This document shows, in pieces, positions 48,330 through 59,805 of a stretch of DNA of 64,000 nucleotides (the stretch's first letter is position 1; each line of letters starts with the position of its first letter). The position numbers and the translations under genes are program-made. Location: NCBI GenBank assembly GCA_002269645.1, contig NIVC01001051.1:1-64000 (forward strand), read 5' to 3'. The notes under the pieces are model-generated. The model was not told the DNA's origin. It searched no databases and saw only the letters and a list, made by a program, of their open reading frames with translations. The stretch comes from Macrostomum lignano (lineage: Eukaryota).

Positions 48330-48702
48330 CGAGGGATGTCCCTAAAGTTCCCAGAATGTTTGCTCTAGCTCCTTAGTACCTTGCCCAATTTTTATGTTTT
48401 GTGTCAAACTTCCAATAAGTTTTCAACAAAAAACTTGTCATTTAAATTTCCTTTTTATCTAGTTTCAGTTAGGAGTTACACTAGGAAATGTAAAGGAAGG
48501 TCAATATTAGTGTTACATAACCTCAAATGTCTGTGGTGTCCTTTTTCCATTATCAATTTTTTTGCAAAAGTTAACTTTGAGCTTATCAGAAAGATGTGGA
48601 AACATCTATGGATAAAACCATAAAATTGTTTTTTTAAACAAAAAATGGTCATGGTACTTAGGAGCTGGATCAAACATTCTGGGAACTTTGGGATACCCCT
48701 TG
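48330..48702. mobile_element. Tc1/mariner-type MITE (373 bp), 266 bp upstream of the CNNM start codon
   Basis: ~50-bp imperfect TIRs (CGAGGGATGTCCCTAAAGTTCCCAGAATGTTTG... / ...CAAACATTCTGGGAACTTTGGGATACCCCTTG) flanked by TA at 48328-48329 and 48703-48704. Confidence 0.82.
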
Positions 48703-48968
48703 TAGATTAGTGACCATTTGTGACTATTGAAGAGGAAGTAAAGTATGTAATATACTTTTTAAATAAACTATGTGTAGCTTCTAACCTCTAGGCCTTGACA
48801 TCCTAGCAATTCCCCAATGAATGTACATAATGCTTCTTTCATTTTTGAAATGATGCTTTTATGTTTGTCATGACACTTTTTTATGTTTTCCTTCTCAAAC
48901 ATGGCATGGCTCTTAGTGTATATTGGTGATACTACTTCACTTTTAATTAAACTTTCCACAGCAATTTA

Positions 48969-51900
48969 ATGGGTGCCGACGTTAGTTTAGGCATCCAACA
49001 TTGGTCTCTGCAGTCCGCCTGCTGCTTGCTAATCCCAATACTAGCTGTTCTGCTAGCGCTGCCACCAACCAATGCTCAGACTGTTGACTCGGCCAGCCTG
49101 GCCCAACCAATTGTGTTTGGCCTGACTGTCCGACCGCTGGCCGGATCCAACAAGCCGGGTTGGCAGGGGGCGAACCAGGAGATTCTGGTTGGCAAGATCT
49201 ACGAATTCCAGCTATTCGGCCGAGACCTGTTCAACTTGTCGCTGCTTGGCTTCACGGAGCGCGAGCTCAATGGCTCCCTGGCCGACTGTCAAGACAGCAA
49301 GATGGCAATAAAATTTCCTATTGTTGCAAAGGATGGCAATATTGCTGTGAGCACGGTCTCCGTGCCAGTCAGCTCGTCAGTTACCTCCCACCTGTATCTG
49401 TGCGCCAAGGCTAGACGGGGCGATAGTACCGAAGCCTGGGTGTACTACGGGCCTGAGCTGAGGGTGTACGTAACCCGGCCTATCATACCGCTCTGGGTCT
49501 CTATTCTGTTCATCATTGGCCTGTTTCTGCTGTCTGGTGAGGCTTTGCTGCCTCTGAATTTGCGTTAAATTTCAATTTTTTTAACGTTTACAGCTGCAGA
49601 ATGTGCTTAGCCATCTTGTTAGCGTGAATCCATTGAGTAGTGCTGTAATGAGCTGGAATTGAGATCAGCAGCATCAGCTGGAAGTTCACTGTATCTTCCA
49701 TTGAGATGATCTGTGATCTCACTACATATTCCCTTGAGATGAGCTGAAATCTCACTGCATCTTCCATTGAGATGAGCTGAAATTTCACTGCATCTTCCAT
49801 TGAGATGATCTGGGATCTCACTACATATTCCCTTGAGATGAGCTGAAATCTCACTGCATCTTCCATTGAGATGAGCTGAAATTTCACTGCATCTTCCATT
49901 GAGATGATCTGTGATCTCACTACATATTCCCTTGAGATGAGCTGAAATCTCACTGCATCTTCCATTGAGATGAGCTGGGATCTCACTACATATTCCCTTG
50001 AGATGAGCTGAAATCTCACTGCATCTTCCATTGAGATGAGCTGAAATTTCACTGCATCTTCCATTGAGATGATCTGTGATCTCACTACATATTCCCTTGA
50101 GATGAGCTGAAATCTCACTGCATCTTCCATTGAGATGAGCTGGGATCTCACTACATCTTCCCTTGAGATGAGCTGAAATCTCACTGCATCTTCCATTGAG
50201 ATGAGCTGAAATTTCACTGCATCTTCCATTGAGATGATCTGGGATCTCACTACATATTCCCTTGAGATGAGCTGAAATCTCACTGCATCTTCCATTGAGA
50301 TGAGCTGGGATCTCACTACATCTTCCCTTGAGATGAGCTGAAATCTCACTGCATCTTCCATTGAGATGAGCTGAAATTTCACTGCATCTTCCATTGAGAT
50401 GATCTGGGATCTCACTACATCTTCCCTTGAGATGAGCTGAAATCTCACTGCATCTTCCATTGAGATGATCTGGGATCTCACTACATCTTCCATTAAGATG
50501 AGCTGGAATCTCACTGCATTTCCCATCGATATGAGCTGGAATGCGTTAGAGTCCAATTATCATTCATTGGGTGTAAACTGGGAAACTCACATATTAATGC
50601 ATATGCTCATATCATACCCATATAGTGTCATTTTGAGCCTGCTTAAGTGTCAGAAAAGAATTTTAAAGTTTTAGTTGTTCACTCAACCATTTCTAAGTCA
50701 AGCGCTGTCAGTTCTGTCCTGAGACTCCAAATGAGAGTTTGGGAAATCGTCGGGATAGGAAATGCTCTTGAGACTGTCTTGAGTTGCGTTTCCTGTCTGT
50801 CATGATTCTGAAATATAGCTTCAGTATTGACAAATCCTAATTCAAATTGGCACCTGTCAGTTCTGCTGGATAGATGCATTCACCCTGTGAGAGAATTTTG
50901 TGTTGAATCAGGTTCTTGTTATGCATATCTTCCAGCCTAAAATGTCTTACTCCTGTCTTCACCTTTCTCAAGTCTAACATGCTGACACAATCCGTCTCTG
51001 ATCTGGTCCCTGACTCGCACTGATCTGGTCCCTGACTCACTGATCTGTTCCCTGACTCACTGATCTGGTCCCTGACTCACTGATCTGGTCCCTGACTCAC
51101 TGATCTGGTCCCTGACTCACTGATCTGGTCCCTGACTCACTGATCTGGTCCCTGACTCACTGATCTGGTCCCTGACTCACTGATCCGGTCCCTGACTTAC
51201 CATAGGCCTGTTCTCTGGCCTGAACCTGGGCCTGATGGCGCTGGACATTGCCGAGCTAAAGATCATCTGCCGGGCCGGGACGGCCTCAGAGAAGTCCTAC
51301 GCAAAGCGGATCATACCGGTGCGAAAGAAGGGCAACTGGCTACTCTGCAGCCTGTTGCTGGGCAATGTTATGGTTAATACCACCCTGTCTCTGCTGCTGG
51401 ACGCATTAATCGGTGACGGCATCTATGCTGTGATCTCGGCCACTATTGGCATTGTCATCTTTGGCGAGATTATACCTCAGGCATTGTGCTCGAGGCACGG
51501 CCTGGCTGTGGGGGCCAGCACTATGCCTATTACAATGTTCTTCATGGCGCTCACCTCTCCGCTTAGCTATCCGCTCAGCTTTGTGCTGGACAAAGTGCTG
51601 GGCGAAGAGTTTCGTCAGGTGTGTTATGGTCAATATTAACTGTTTACTAGAGTCTATTTCCATATTCGCAATGTGTTTCAGTAGGAAATATCCCATTGGG
51701 ATCACAGGTGTCTCGGTATAAAATATTCCCATTGGTATCACAGGTGTCTCGGTATAAAATATTCCCATTGGTATCACAGGTGTCTCGGTATAAAATATTC
51801 CCATTTGGATCACAGGTGCTATAATAGAAAATATCCCATTGGGATCACAGGTGCTTTAATAGAAAATATCCCATTGGGATCACAGGTGCTTTAATAGAAA

Positions 51901-54900
51901 ATATCTCATTGGTGTAGTGACTTACGCGAGAGACAAAGTTTAGATGAACCATCAGCTTACGGCCCCGACTTGGGCGTGGGGTGCAATTATATATTTGAGC
52001 TCAAAGCTCTGTAATCGATTGCTTTAGAATAAGTGTACATCTACGATACAATGTACATGGGAGTTAAAATCAACGTGCCAAGAAGTGGTGTGCAGAGTAC
52101 AACAATTGGGATCACAGGTGCTTTAATAGAAAATATCTCATGGGATCACAGGTGCTATAATAGAAAATATCCCAATGAAGATCACAGGTGCTATAATAGA
52201 AAATATCCCAATGAAGATCACAGGTGCTATAATAGAAAATATCCCAATGAAGATCACAGGTGCTATAATAGAAAATATCCCAATGAAGATCACAGGTGCC
52301 ATAGAAAATATCCCATTGGGATCACGGGTGCTTTAATAGAAAATATCCCATTGGGATCACGGGTGCTTTAATAGAAAATATCCCATTGGGATCACGGGTG
52401 CTTTAATAGAAAATATCCCATTGGGATCACGGGTGCTTTAATAGAAAGTACCTGATTGTGATCACAGGTGTTTCAAAAAATATCCTATTGGGATCACAGG
52501 TGTTTTGGCTAGAAATATCCCACACTGACCCGAACAATCTGCTTATCTCCCCAGGTGTTCGACCGAAACAAGCTCAAAGAGTTCATAGCCGCGCAGGGCC
52601 TGGAGCGCACCGAGGCCAATATAATCCTGGGCGCGCTATCGCTTCAAAATAAAACTATTGGCGAAGTTATGCGCGGCCTCAGCGACGTGTACATGCTGCC
52701 GGCTGAGACCCTCATCGACTCCTTCACTATCGACCAGATCCGCGAGACTGGCTACACCCGGATCCCCATCTATGAGAAGGAGCGCCACAACATTATTAAC
52801 ATTTTGAATTTCAAAGATCTCACTATTGTTAACCGTGACACGCCAATGCGGGCTGATCTGATCTGCGAGTATTTCAACCGCCAGCTGCAGATTGTGTACG
52901 ATACGGACACGCTGGACAATGCGCTGAAGCTGTTCCTTAGCAACAGGATTCACCTGGCTATTGTGAAGCATCACGTTGGCGAAGAGGAAGGCAACGAGAA
53001 GGATCCTTACGAGGTCACGGTCGGCCTGGTGACGCTTGAGGACATTCTTGAAGAGATTATTCAGCAGGAGATTGAGGACGAGACTGATATTCCCGGTACT
53101 CAATACCTTTCTGGCTCCTACTCATCTGCCTTTCCCTTCTCTTTTCCCCATCTGCTCTTTTCCTCCCACTCTTCCACTCTTACCCTCATCTCCCCTCTCT
53201 TCCCGGTCCTCTTCTCCCCGGTCCTCTTCTCCCCGGTCCTCTTCTCCCCCGGTCCTCTTCTCCCCGGTCCTCTTCTCCCCGATCCTCTTCTCCCCGGTCC
53301 TCTTCTCCCCGATCCTCTTCTCCCCGGTCCTCTTCTCCCCGATCCTCTTCTCCCCGGTCCTCTTCTCCCCGATCCTCTTCTCCCCGGTCATCTTCTCCCC
53401 GATCCTCTTCTCCCCGGTCCTCTTCTCCCCGATCCTCTTCTCCCCGATCCTCTTCTCCCCGATCCTCTTCTCCCCGGTCCTCTTCTCCCCGGTCCTCTTC
53501 TCCCCGATCCTCTTCTCCCCGGTCCTCTTCTCCCCGATCCTTTTCTCCCCGGTCCTCTTCTCCCCGATCCTCTTCTCCCCGGTCCTCTTCTCCCCGGTCC
53601 TCTTCTCCCCGATCCTCTTCTCCCCGGTCCTCTTCTCCCCGATCCTCTTCTCCCCGGTCCTCTTCTCCCGATCCTCTTCTCCCCGGTCCTCTTCTCCCCG
53701 GTCCTCTTCTCACCGGTCCTCTTCTCCCCGATCCTCTTCTCCCCGGTCCTCTTCTCCCCGATCCTCTTCTCCCCGGTCCTCTTCTCCCCGATCCTCTTCT
53801 CCCCGGTCCTCTTCTCCCCGGTCCTCTTCTCACCGGTCCTCTTCTCCCCGATCCTCTTCTCCCCGGTCCTCTTCTCCCCGGTCCTCTTCTCCCCGATCCT
53901 CTTCTCCCCGGTCCTCTTCTCCCCGATCCTCTTCTCCCCGGTCCTCTTCTCCCCGATCCTCTTCTCCCCGGTCCTCTTCTCCCCGATCCTCTTCTCCCCG
54001 GTCCTCTTCTCCCCGGTCCTCTTCTCCCCGATCCTCTTCTCCCCGATCCTCTTCTCCCCGATCCTCTTCTCCCCGGTCCTCTTCTCCCCGATCCTCTTCT
54101 CCCCTGTGCTCTCCTCCCCTATCTTTCCCAGTCCTCTTCCCCCGTCTTCTCTCCTTTTCGCTCTCCTACCACCTTCGCTTATTTTCCTCCCTCCGTGTCT
54201 CCATCCCCTCTGCCATCTCCTTTCTGCCTAAATTCCCGCAATTCTCGCATTCAAAATTTCAGAGAATCCCACCGCAATCACTCGACAAAATGCGCGAGCT
54301 TTGAAGGGCCTGTGGAAGGAGCTGGCCTTTGGCGGCACCTCCGGCATGCAAATCCCAGTTCAGCTGAGAATGGCCGCCACCCAGAGCCTCGCTATGCGTG
54401 AGTAGAAAGTCTTTCTACATAGATATGGAAGCAGTTAAAGTTATTAAATGGTATTGCTTTGCCCATCTGCAGTGCATAGCGACCTGTTTGGCCGCAACGT
54501 AATTATGGAACCGGTGTTGGAGAAAATGTTCGAAGAGAAAATCCTTGTGCGTCACATGTTCATGTGAGTTGGCTTTGTTCAAGTCAAAGCAAGTTCTTCT
54601 TTCTGTTCTATTTACGCTATAATTAAATAGCAAGAGATGACCAAGAGAGATGAATTACGTAGAAAGAGATTAAGGACCAAGAAGAAGATTAATGACCAAG
54701 AGAAATTAATGGACAATGAAGAGATTGTGAACAAGAGAGATTGTGAACCAGAGAGATTGTAAACAAGAGAGATTGTGAACCAGAGAGATTGTGAACAAGA
54801 GAGATTGTGAACAAGAGAGATTGTGAACAAGAGAGATTGTGAACAAGAGAGATTGTGAACAAGAGAGATTGTGAACAAGAGAGATTATGAACAAGAGAGA

Positions 54901-57900
54901 TTGTTAACAAGAGAGATTGTTAACAAGAGAGATTATGAACAAGAGAGATTGTGAACAAGAGAGATTATGAACAAGAGAGATTGTGAACAAGAGAGATTGT
55001 GAACAAGAGAGATTATGAACAAGAGAGATTGTTAACAAGAGAGATTGTTAACAAGAGAGATTATGAACAAGAGAGATTGTGAACAAGAGAGATTATGAAC
55101 AAGAGAGATTGTGAACAAGAGAGATTGTGAACAAGAGAGATTGTGAACAAGAGAGATTATGAACAAGAGAGATTGTGAACAAGAGAGATTATGAACATGA
55201 GAGATTACGACCAAGAGAGATTATATGAACAACAAAGGTCAGTCACACGTAAAGCAGCTCAATTGAGCAGGTAAATGCACAAGCTACAATGCAGTATGTT
55301 CAATATAAATATATTTCTCAGCTACGGCGACGAGGAGAGCAACACGATATTCCGGCGCAACCAGCCGTGCGACTTTGGCATCTTCCTGCTGGAGGGCCGC
55401 GCCGTACTCGGCATCGGAGTCGAGGACCTGGAATTCGAGGCCAGCGCTTTCACTTTTCTTGGCGCCAAAGCGCTTACTGGTTCGTTTAATGAATTCTCAA
55501 TTCCTATTAAGGCATTTAACCAGCTAGAGCAATTCACTGGTTCATTGATTCTTGCATTCAGAAATTTCCACAGATTCTTATTATCCAGACGAGAATTTCC
55601 CAAGCTTCTTAATATCAATCCTAGAATTCTCCTCTGGGGGAGTCTGTGAATTCCTCCAGAATCATACCCATCACATGGTTCACAAGGGTTTTAGTACCCG
55701 TAAAAGAATTCCCCAAGAATCTTAATACCCATCCAATAATTCCCCTAGAATTTTAATACCCATCCAATAATTCCCCTAGAATTTTAATGCCCATCCAATA
55801 ATTCCCCTAGAATCTTAATGCCCATCCAATAATTCTCCTAGAATCTTAAAACCCATCCAATAATTCCCCTAGAATTTTAATGCCCATCCAATAATTCCCC
55901 TAGAATCTTAATGCCCATCCAATAATTCCCCTAGAATCTTAATGCCCATCCAATAATTCCCCTAGAATTTTAATACCCATCCAATAATTCCCCTAGAATT
56001 TTAATGCCCATCCAATAATTCCCCCAGAATCTTAATGCCCATCCAATAATTCCCCTAGAATCTTAATGCCCATCCAATAATTCCCCAAGAATCTTAATGC
56101 CCATCCGATAATTCCCCTAGAATCTTAATGCCCATCCAATAATTCCCCTAGAATCTTAATTCCCATCCAATAATTCCCCTAGAATCTTAATGCCCATTCA
56201 ATAATCTCCTAGAACCTGAAACTCATGCCTCCACAAAATCTTTATATTTTTTTTTAATTTCCCAAGTCTTGCAAGCTTTAGGGGAACCTACAATTACAAT
56301 TCCCACAGAATATCCCTTTTTGCACTCGAGAGCCCCCACTAATTCCAAAACAATTCCCCTAGGAGATTTACAGTATTTCTCCACAGGCAAAAATGCTGCT
56401 CTGCTCTCCAATTTCCCTCTGTTTTCCTTTCAATCCCATTCTCCCTTCCTCTTTCACCTGCGCCCTACATTAACAATAGCCGAATAGCTTGCTTGATTGC
56501 AGCGAGAGAATGTTCATCTTCAAGGCGAGGAGAAGAAGAGCAGAGTGAATGCAATCTGAGTGTTCTCATGTGCGCATGTTTGGGCGTGGCTGATTTGCGC
56601 CTCGGTGCTGTACCTGAGTTCGCGCTGGATTCGAAAGGATTAATAGATGGGGTGGGTGGCCTGCAGGGGATACAGAAGCCTACCCCTTGCCTTGCCGCGC
56701 GTGTGAGGTGGGATTCGATTCTTTAATCCCCGACCGAGTTCCCTACTAATCGGTGTTGGATTTCACTCCAATTACCACCCGGTTGGGTCTAAATGCGATT
56801 TTCTATCAAAGGCAGAGAAAAATTGACGCAGTGTCTCTCTTGTCCAGTTGAAACCTGTGTCCACGCATGCATGGGACGCTTCAATTTGGGTATTAGCATC
56901 TAGTATAGAAAGGCTGCACCTTTTATTCAATACTGTACAGAGTTTATGTCATCTTTTTCTCTGTGCATTTCACATTCTCAGCATTGCAGCTTAGTCAGTG
57001 TCCGTGATACCTATCTGAGAATTCCCCTAGGTACTAATACCCATCTGAGAATTCCCCTAGGTACTAATACCCATCCGAGAATTCCCCTAGGTACTAATAC
57101 CCATCCGAGAATTTCCCTATTGTATTGAATTGACACTCATCCGAGAATTCCCCTTATGGTACTAATACCCATCCGATAATTCCCCTAGGATTACTAATAC
57201 CCATCCGAAAATTCCACTACGGTAATACCCATCCGAGAATTCCCCTATTAGGTTACTAACCCATCTGATAATTCCCTAGGGTACTAGTACCCATCCGAGA
57301 ATTCCCCTACGGTACTAATACCCATCCGAGAATTCCCCTACGGTACTAATACCCATCCGAGAATTCCCCTACTGTATTAATACCCATCCGAGGATTCCCC
57401 TACTGTATTAATACCCATCCGAGGATTCCCCTACTGTATTAATACCCATCCGAGGATTCCCCTACTGTATTAATACCCATCCGAGGATTCCCCTAGGGTA
57501 CTAATACCCATCCGAGGATTCCCCTACGGTACTAATACCCATCCGAGAATTCCCCTATGGTAGTAATACTAATTCAAAAGTCAGTTACCACCCAATTTTT
57601 AAGAAAGATTACCAAGTACTTTAAAAGTCCACAACGGTACAACGCCCCCCCCCCGGCATTGCAGCCGTGCTTGAACTGCACAGGCGCAGTCCCGACCGCG
57701 TCACGGATCCAACCGAGCTGCGCCGCCTCGTCCAATTCGTGCCCGACTACACCTGCAAGGCCAAGCAGAACCTGCAGTACCTGAAACTGTCGCAGGCCCA
57801 GTACGCCACCCTGCTGCGCATCTCCGACTCGCTGCGCGACATGTGCGCCACTGCAGCCGCTGCCGCCGCCGCGTCCGCCGGTGCACCTAGCGACCTCCTC

Positions 57901-58212
57901 GGACCCGGCGAGCTGGACGAACGCTTGAACGCCCTGTTCGCCGCGCACTTCCCGCGCCAGCGCGGCCAGCCAGCCGGCGTCAGGCGGCCGCACTCGCATC
58001 ATTCGCTCAGCGGCGGCGCCGCCGCTAATCGCCTGCTGTCGACGGCCAGCCTGGACAGCGGCGGCGCTGGCGTCGCTCAGCCGACAACTCCGACTAGCGT
58101 CGGTCCGGCTGGCGATGAAGCAGCTGGTGGCACCGCCGCCTCGGCCGCGGCCGCTCCGGCTGTCCAGGTCTCAAGCCCGTTGCTAAGTGTCAACGGTGAA
58201 GTCGAGACTTGA
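48969..58212 (+). CDS. CNNM: CNNM/ACDP metal transporter (signal peptide, DUF21, CBS pair, CNBH), 817 aa; exons 48969-49536, 51206-51618, 52555-53095, 54263-54397, 54473-54563, 55322-55479, 57665-58212
   Basis: Motifs [96 protein letters not shown]...[11 protein letters not shown]. The seven exons total 2454 nt (818 codons) with consistent phases. Confidence 0.93.
49680..50510. repeat. 33-bp minisatellite in CNNM intron 1
   Basis: Unit CTTCCATTGAGATGAGCTGAAATCTCACTGCAT. Confidence 0.95.
51000..51195. repeat. 20-bp minisatellite immediately upstream of the CNNM exon 2 acceptor
   Basis: Unit TGATCTGGTCCCTGACTCAC, about 10 copies. Confidence 0.93.
51685..52520. repeat. 35/36-bp minisatellite in CNNM intron 2, interrupted by a solo LTR
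   Basis: Unit ATCCCATTGGGATCACAGGTGCTTTAATAGAAAAT. Confidence 0.92.
51913..52104. mobile_element. Solo LTR-like insertion (192 bp)
   Basis: Starts TGT and ends AACA. The 5-bp TSD ATTGG (51908-51912 and 52105-52109) duplicates part of a minisatellite unit. Confidence 0.75.
53200..54110. repeat. 15-bp polypyrimidine minisatellite in CNNM intron 3
   Basis: Unit CCCCG(G/A)TCCTCTTCT. Confidence 0.95.
54620..55225. repeat. 16-bp minisatellite in CNNM intron 5
   Basis: Unit GAACAAGAGAGATT(G/A)T. Confidence 0.93.
55720..56220. repeat. 31-bp minisatellite in CNNM intron 6
   Basis: Unit CCCATCCAATAATTCCCCTAGAATCTTAATG. Confidence 0.93.
57010..57560. repeat. 30/31-bp minisatellite in CNNM intron 6, related to the 55720 array
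   Basis: Unit CCCATCCGAGAATTCCCCTAGGTACTAATA. Confidence 0.92.
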
Positions 58213-58284
58213 AACAAATTTTATTTGAAAAATAATAGAAATGTACACTTTGGACAGTTCAGTAGCTTGGGGTTTTGGCGACCG

Positions 58285-59805
58285 GTTGAACTTCTGACAC
58301 ATTTCAGTGTCATATTGATTGACACCCCTGACACATTTCAGTGTCAGATTGGTTGACACCCCTGACACATTTCAGTATCAGATTGATTGACACCCTTGAC
58401 ACATTTCAGTGTCAGATTGATTGACACCCCTGACACATTTCAGTGTCAGATTGATTGACACCCCTGACACATTTCAGTGTCAGATTGATTGACACTCTTG
58501 ACACATTTCAGTGTCAGATTGATTGACACCCTTGACACATTTCAGTGTCAGATTGATTGACACCCCTGACACATTTCAGTGTCAGATTGATTGACACCCC
58601 TGACACATTTCAGTGTCAGATTGATTGACACCCTTGACACATTTCAGTATCAGATTGATTGACACCCCTGACACATTTCAGTGTCAGATTGATTGACACC
58701 CCTGACACATTTCAGTGTCAGATTGATTGACACCCCTGACACATTTCAGTGTCAGATTGATTGACACCCCTGACACATTTCAGTGTCAGATTGATTGACA
58801 CCCCTGACACATTTCAGTATCAGATTGATTGACACTCTTGACACATTTCAGTATCAGATTGATTGACACTCTTGACACATTTCAGTGTCAGATTGATTGA
58901 CACCCCTGACACATTTCAGTGTCAGATTGATTGACACCCCTGACACATTTCAGTGTCAGATTGATTGACACCCTTGACACATTTCAGTATCAGATTGATT
59001 GACACCCCTGACACATTTCAGTGTCAGATTGATTGACACCCCTGACACATTTCAGTGTCAGATTGATTGACACCCCTGACACATTTCAGTGTCAGATTGA
59101 TTGACACCCCTGACACATTTCAGTATCAGATTGATTGACACCCCTGACACATTTCAGTATCAGATTGATTGACACTCTTGACACATTTCAGTGTCAGATT
59201 GATTGACACCCCTGACACATTTCAGTATCAGATTGATTGACACTCTTGACACATTTCAGTATCAGATTGATTGACACTCTTGACACATTTCAGTATCAGA
59301 TTGATTGACACCCCTGACACATTTCAGTATCAGATTGATTGACACTCTTGACACATTTCAGTATCAGATTGATTGACACTCTTGACACATTTCAGTATCA
59401 GATTGATTGACACTCTTGACACATTTCAGTATCAGATTGATTGACACTCTTGACACATTTCAGTATCAGATTGATTGACACCCCTGACACATTTCAGTAT
59501 CAGATTGATTGACACTCTTGACACATTTCAGTATCAGATTGATTGACACCCCTGACACATTTCAGTATCAGATTGATTGACACTCTTGACACATTTCAGT
59601 ATCAGATTGATTGACACCCCTGACACATTTCAGTATCAGATTGATTGACACTCTTGACACATTTCAGTATCAGATTGATTGACACTCCTGACACATTTCA
59701 GTATCAGATTGATTGACACCCCTGACACATTTCAGTGTCAGATTGATTGACACTCTTGACACATTTCAGTATCAGATTGATTGACACTCCTGACACATTT
59801 CAGCC
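58285..59805. repeat. 34-bp minisatellite with an internal hairpin, just downstream of the CNNM stop
   Basis: Unit GATTGATTGACACCCCTGACACATTTCAGTGTCA, about 44 copies. Confidence 0.95.

Noticed and set aside
49588-50556. 322-aa repeat protein ORF ([11 protein letters not shown])n
   Set aside because: 33-bp intronic array on the antisense strand of CNNM. It is open only because the unit length is a multiple of 3 and lacks stops.
53096-54304. CNNM ORF extension ([16 protein letters not shown]) to 558 aa
   Set aside because: Read-through into a stop-free pyrimidine minisatellite. The CNNM homology resumes at the phase-compatible exon starting 54263.
58285-59805. CRISPR-like array (34-bp units with an internal palindrome)
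   Set aside because: Units are contiguous with no unique spacers, there are no cas genes, and the context is eukaryotic.
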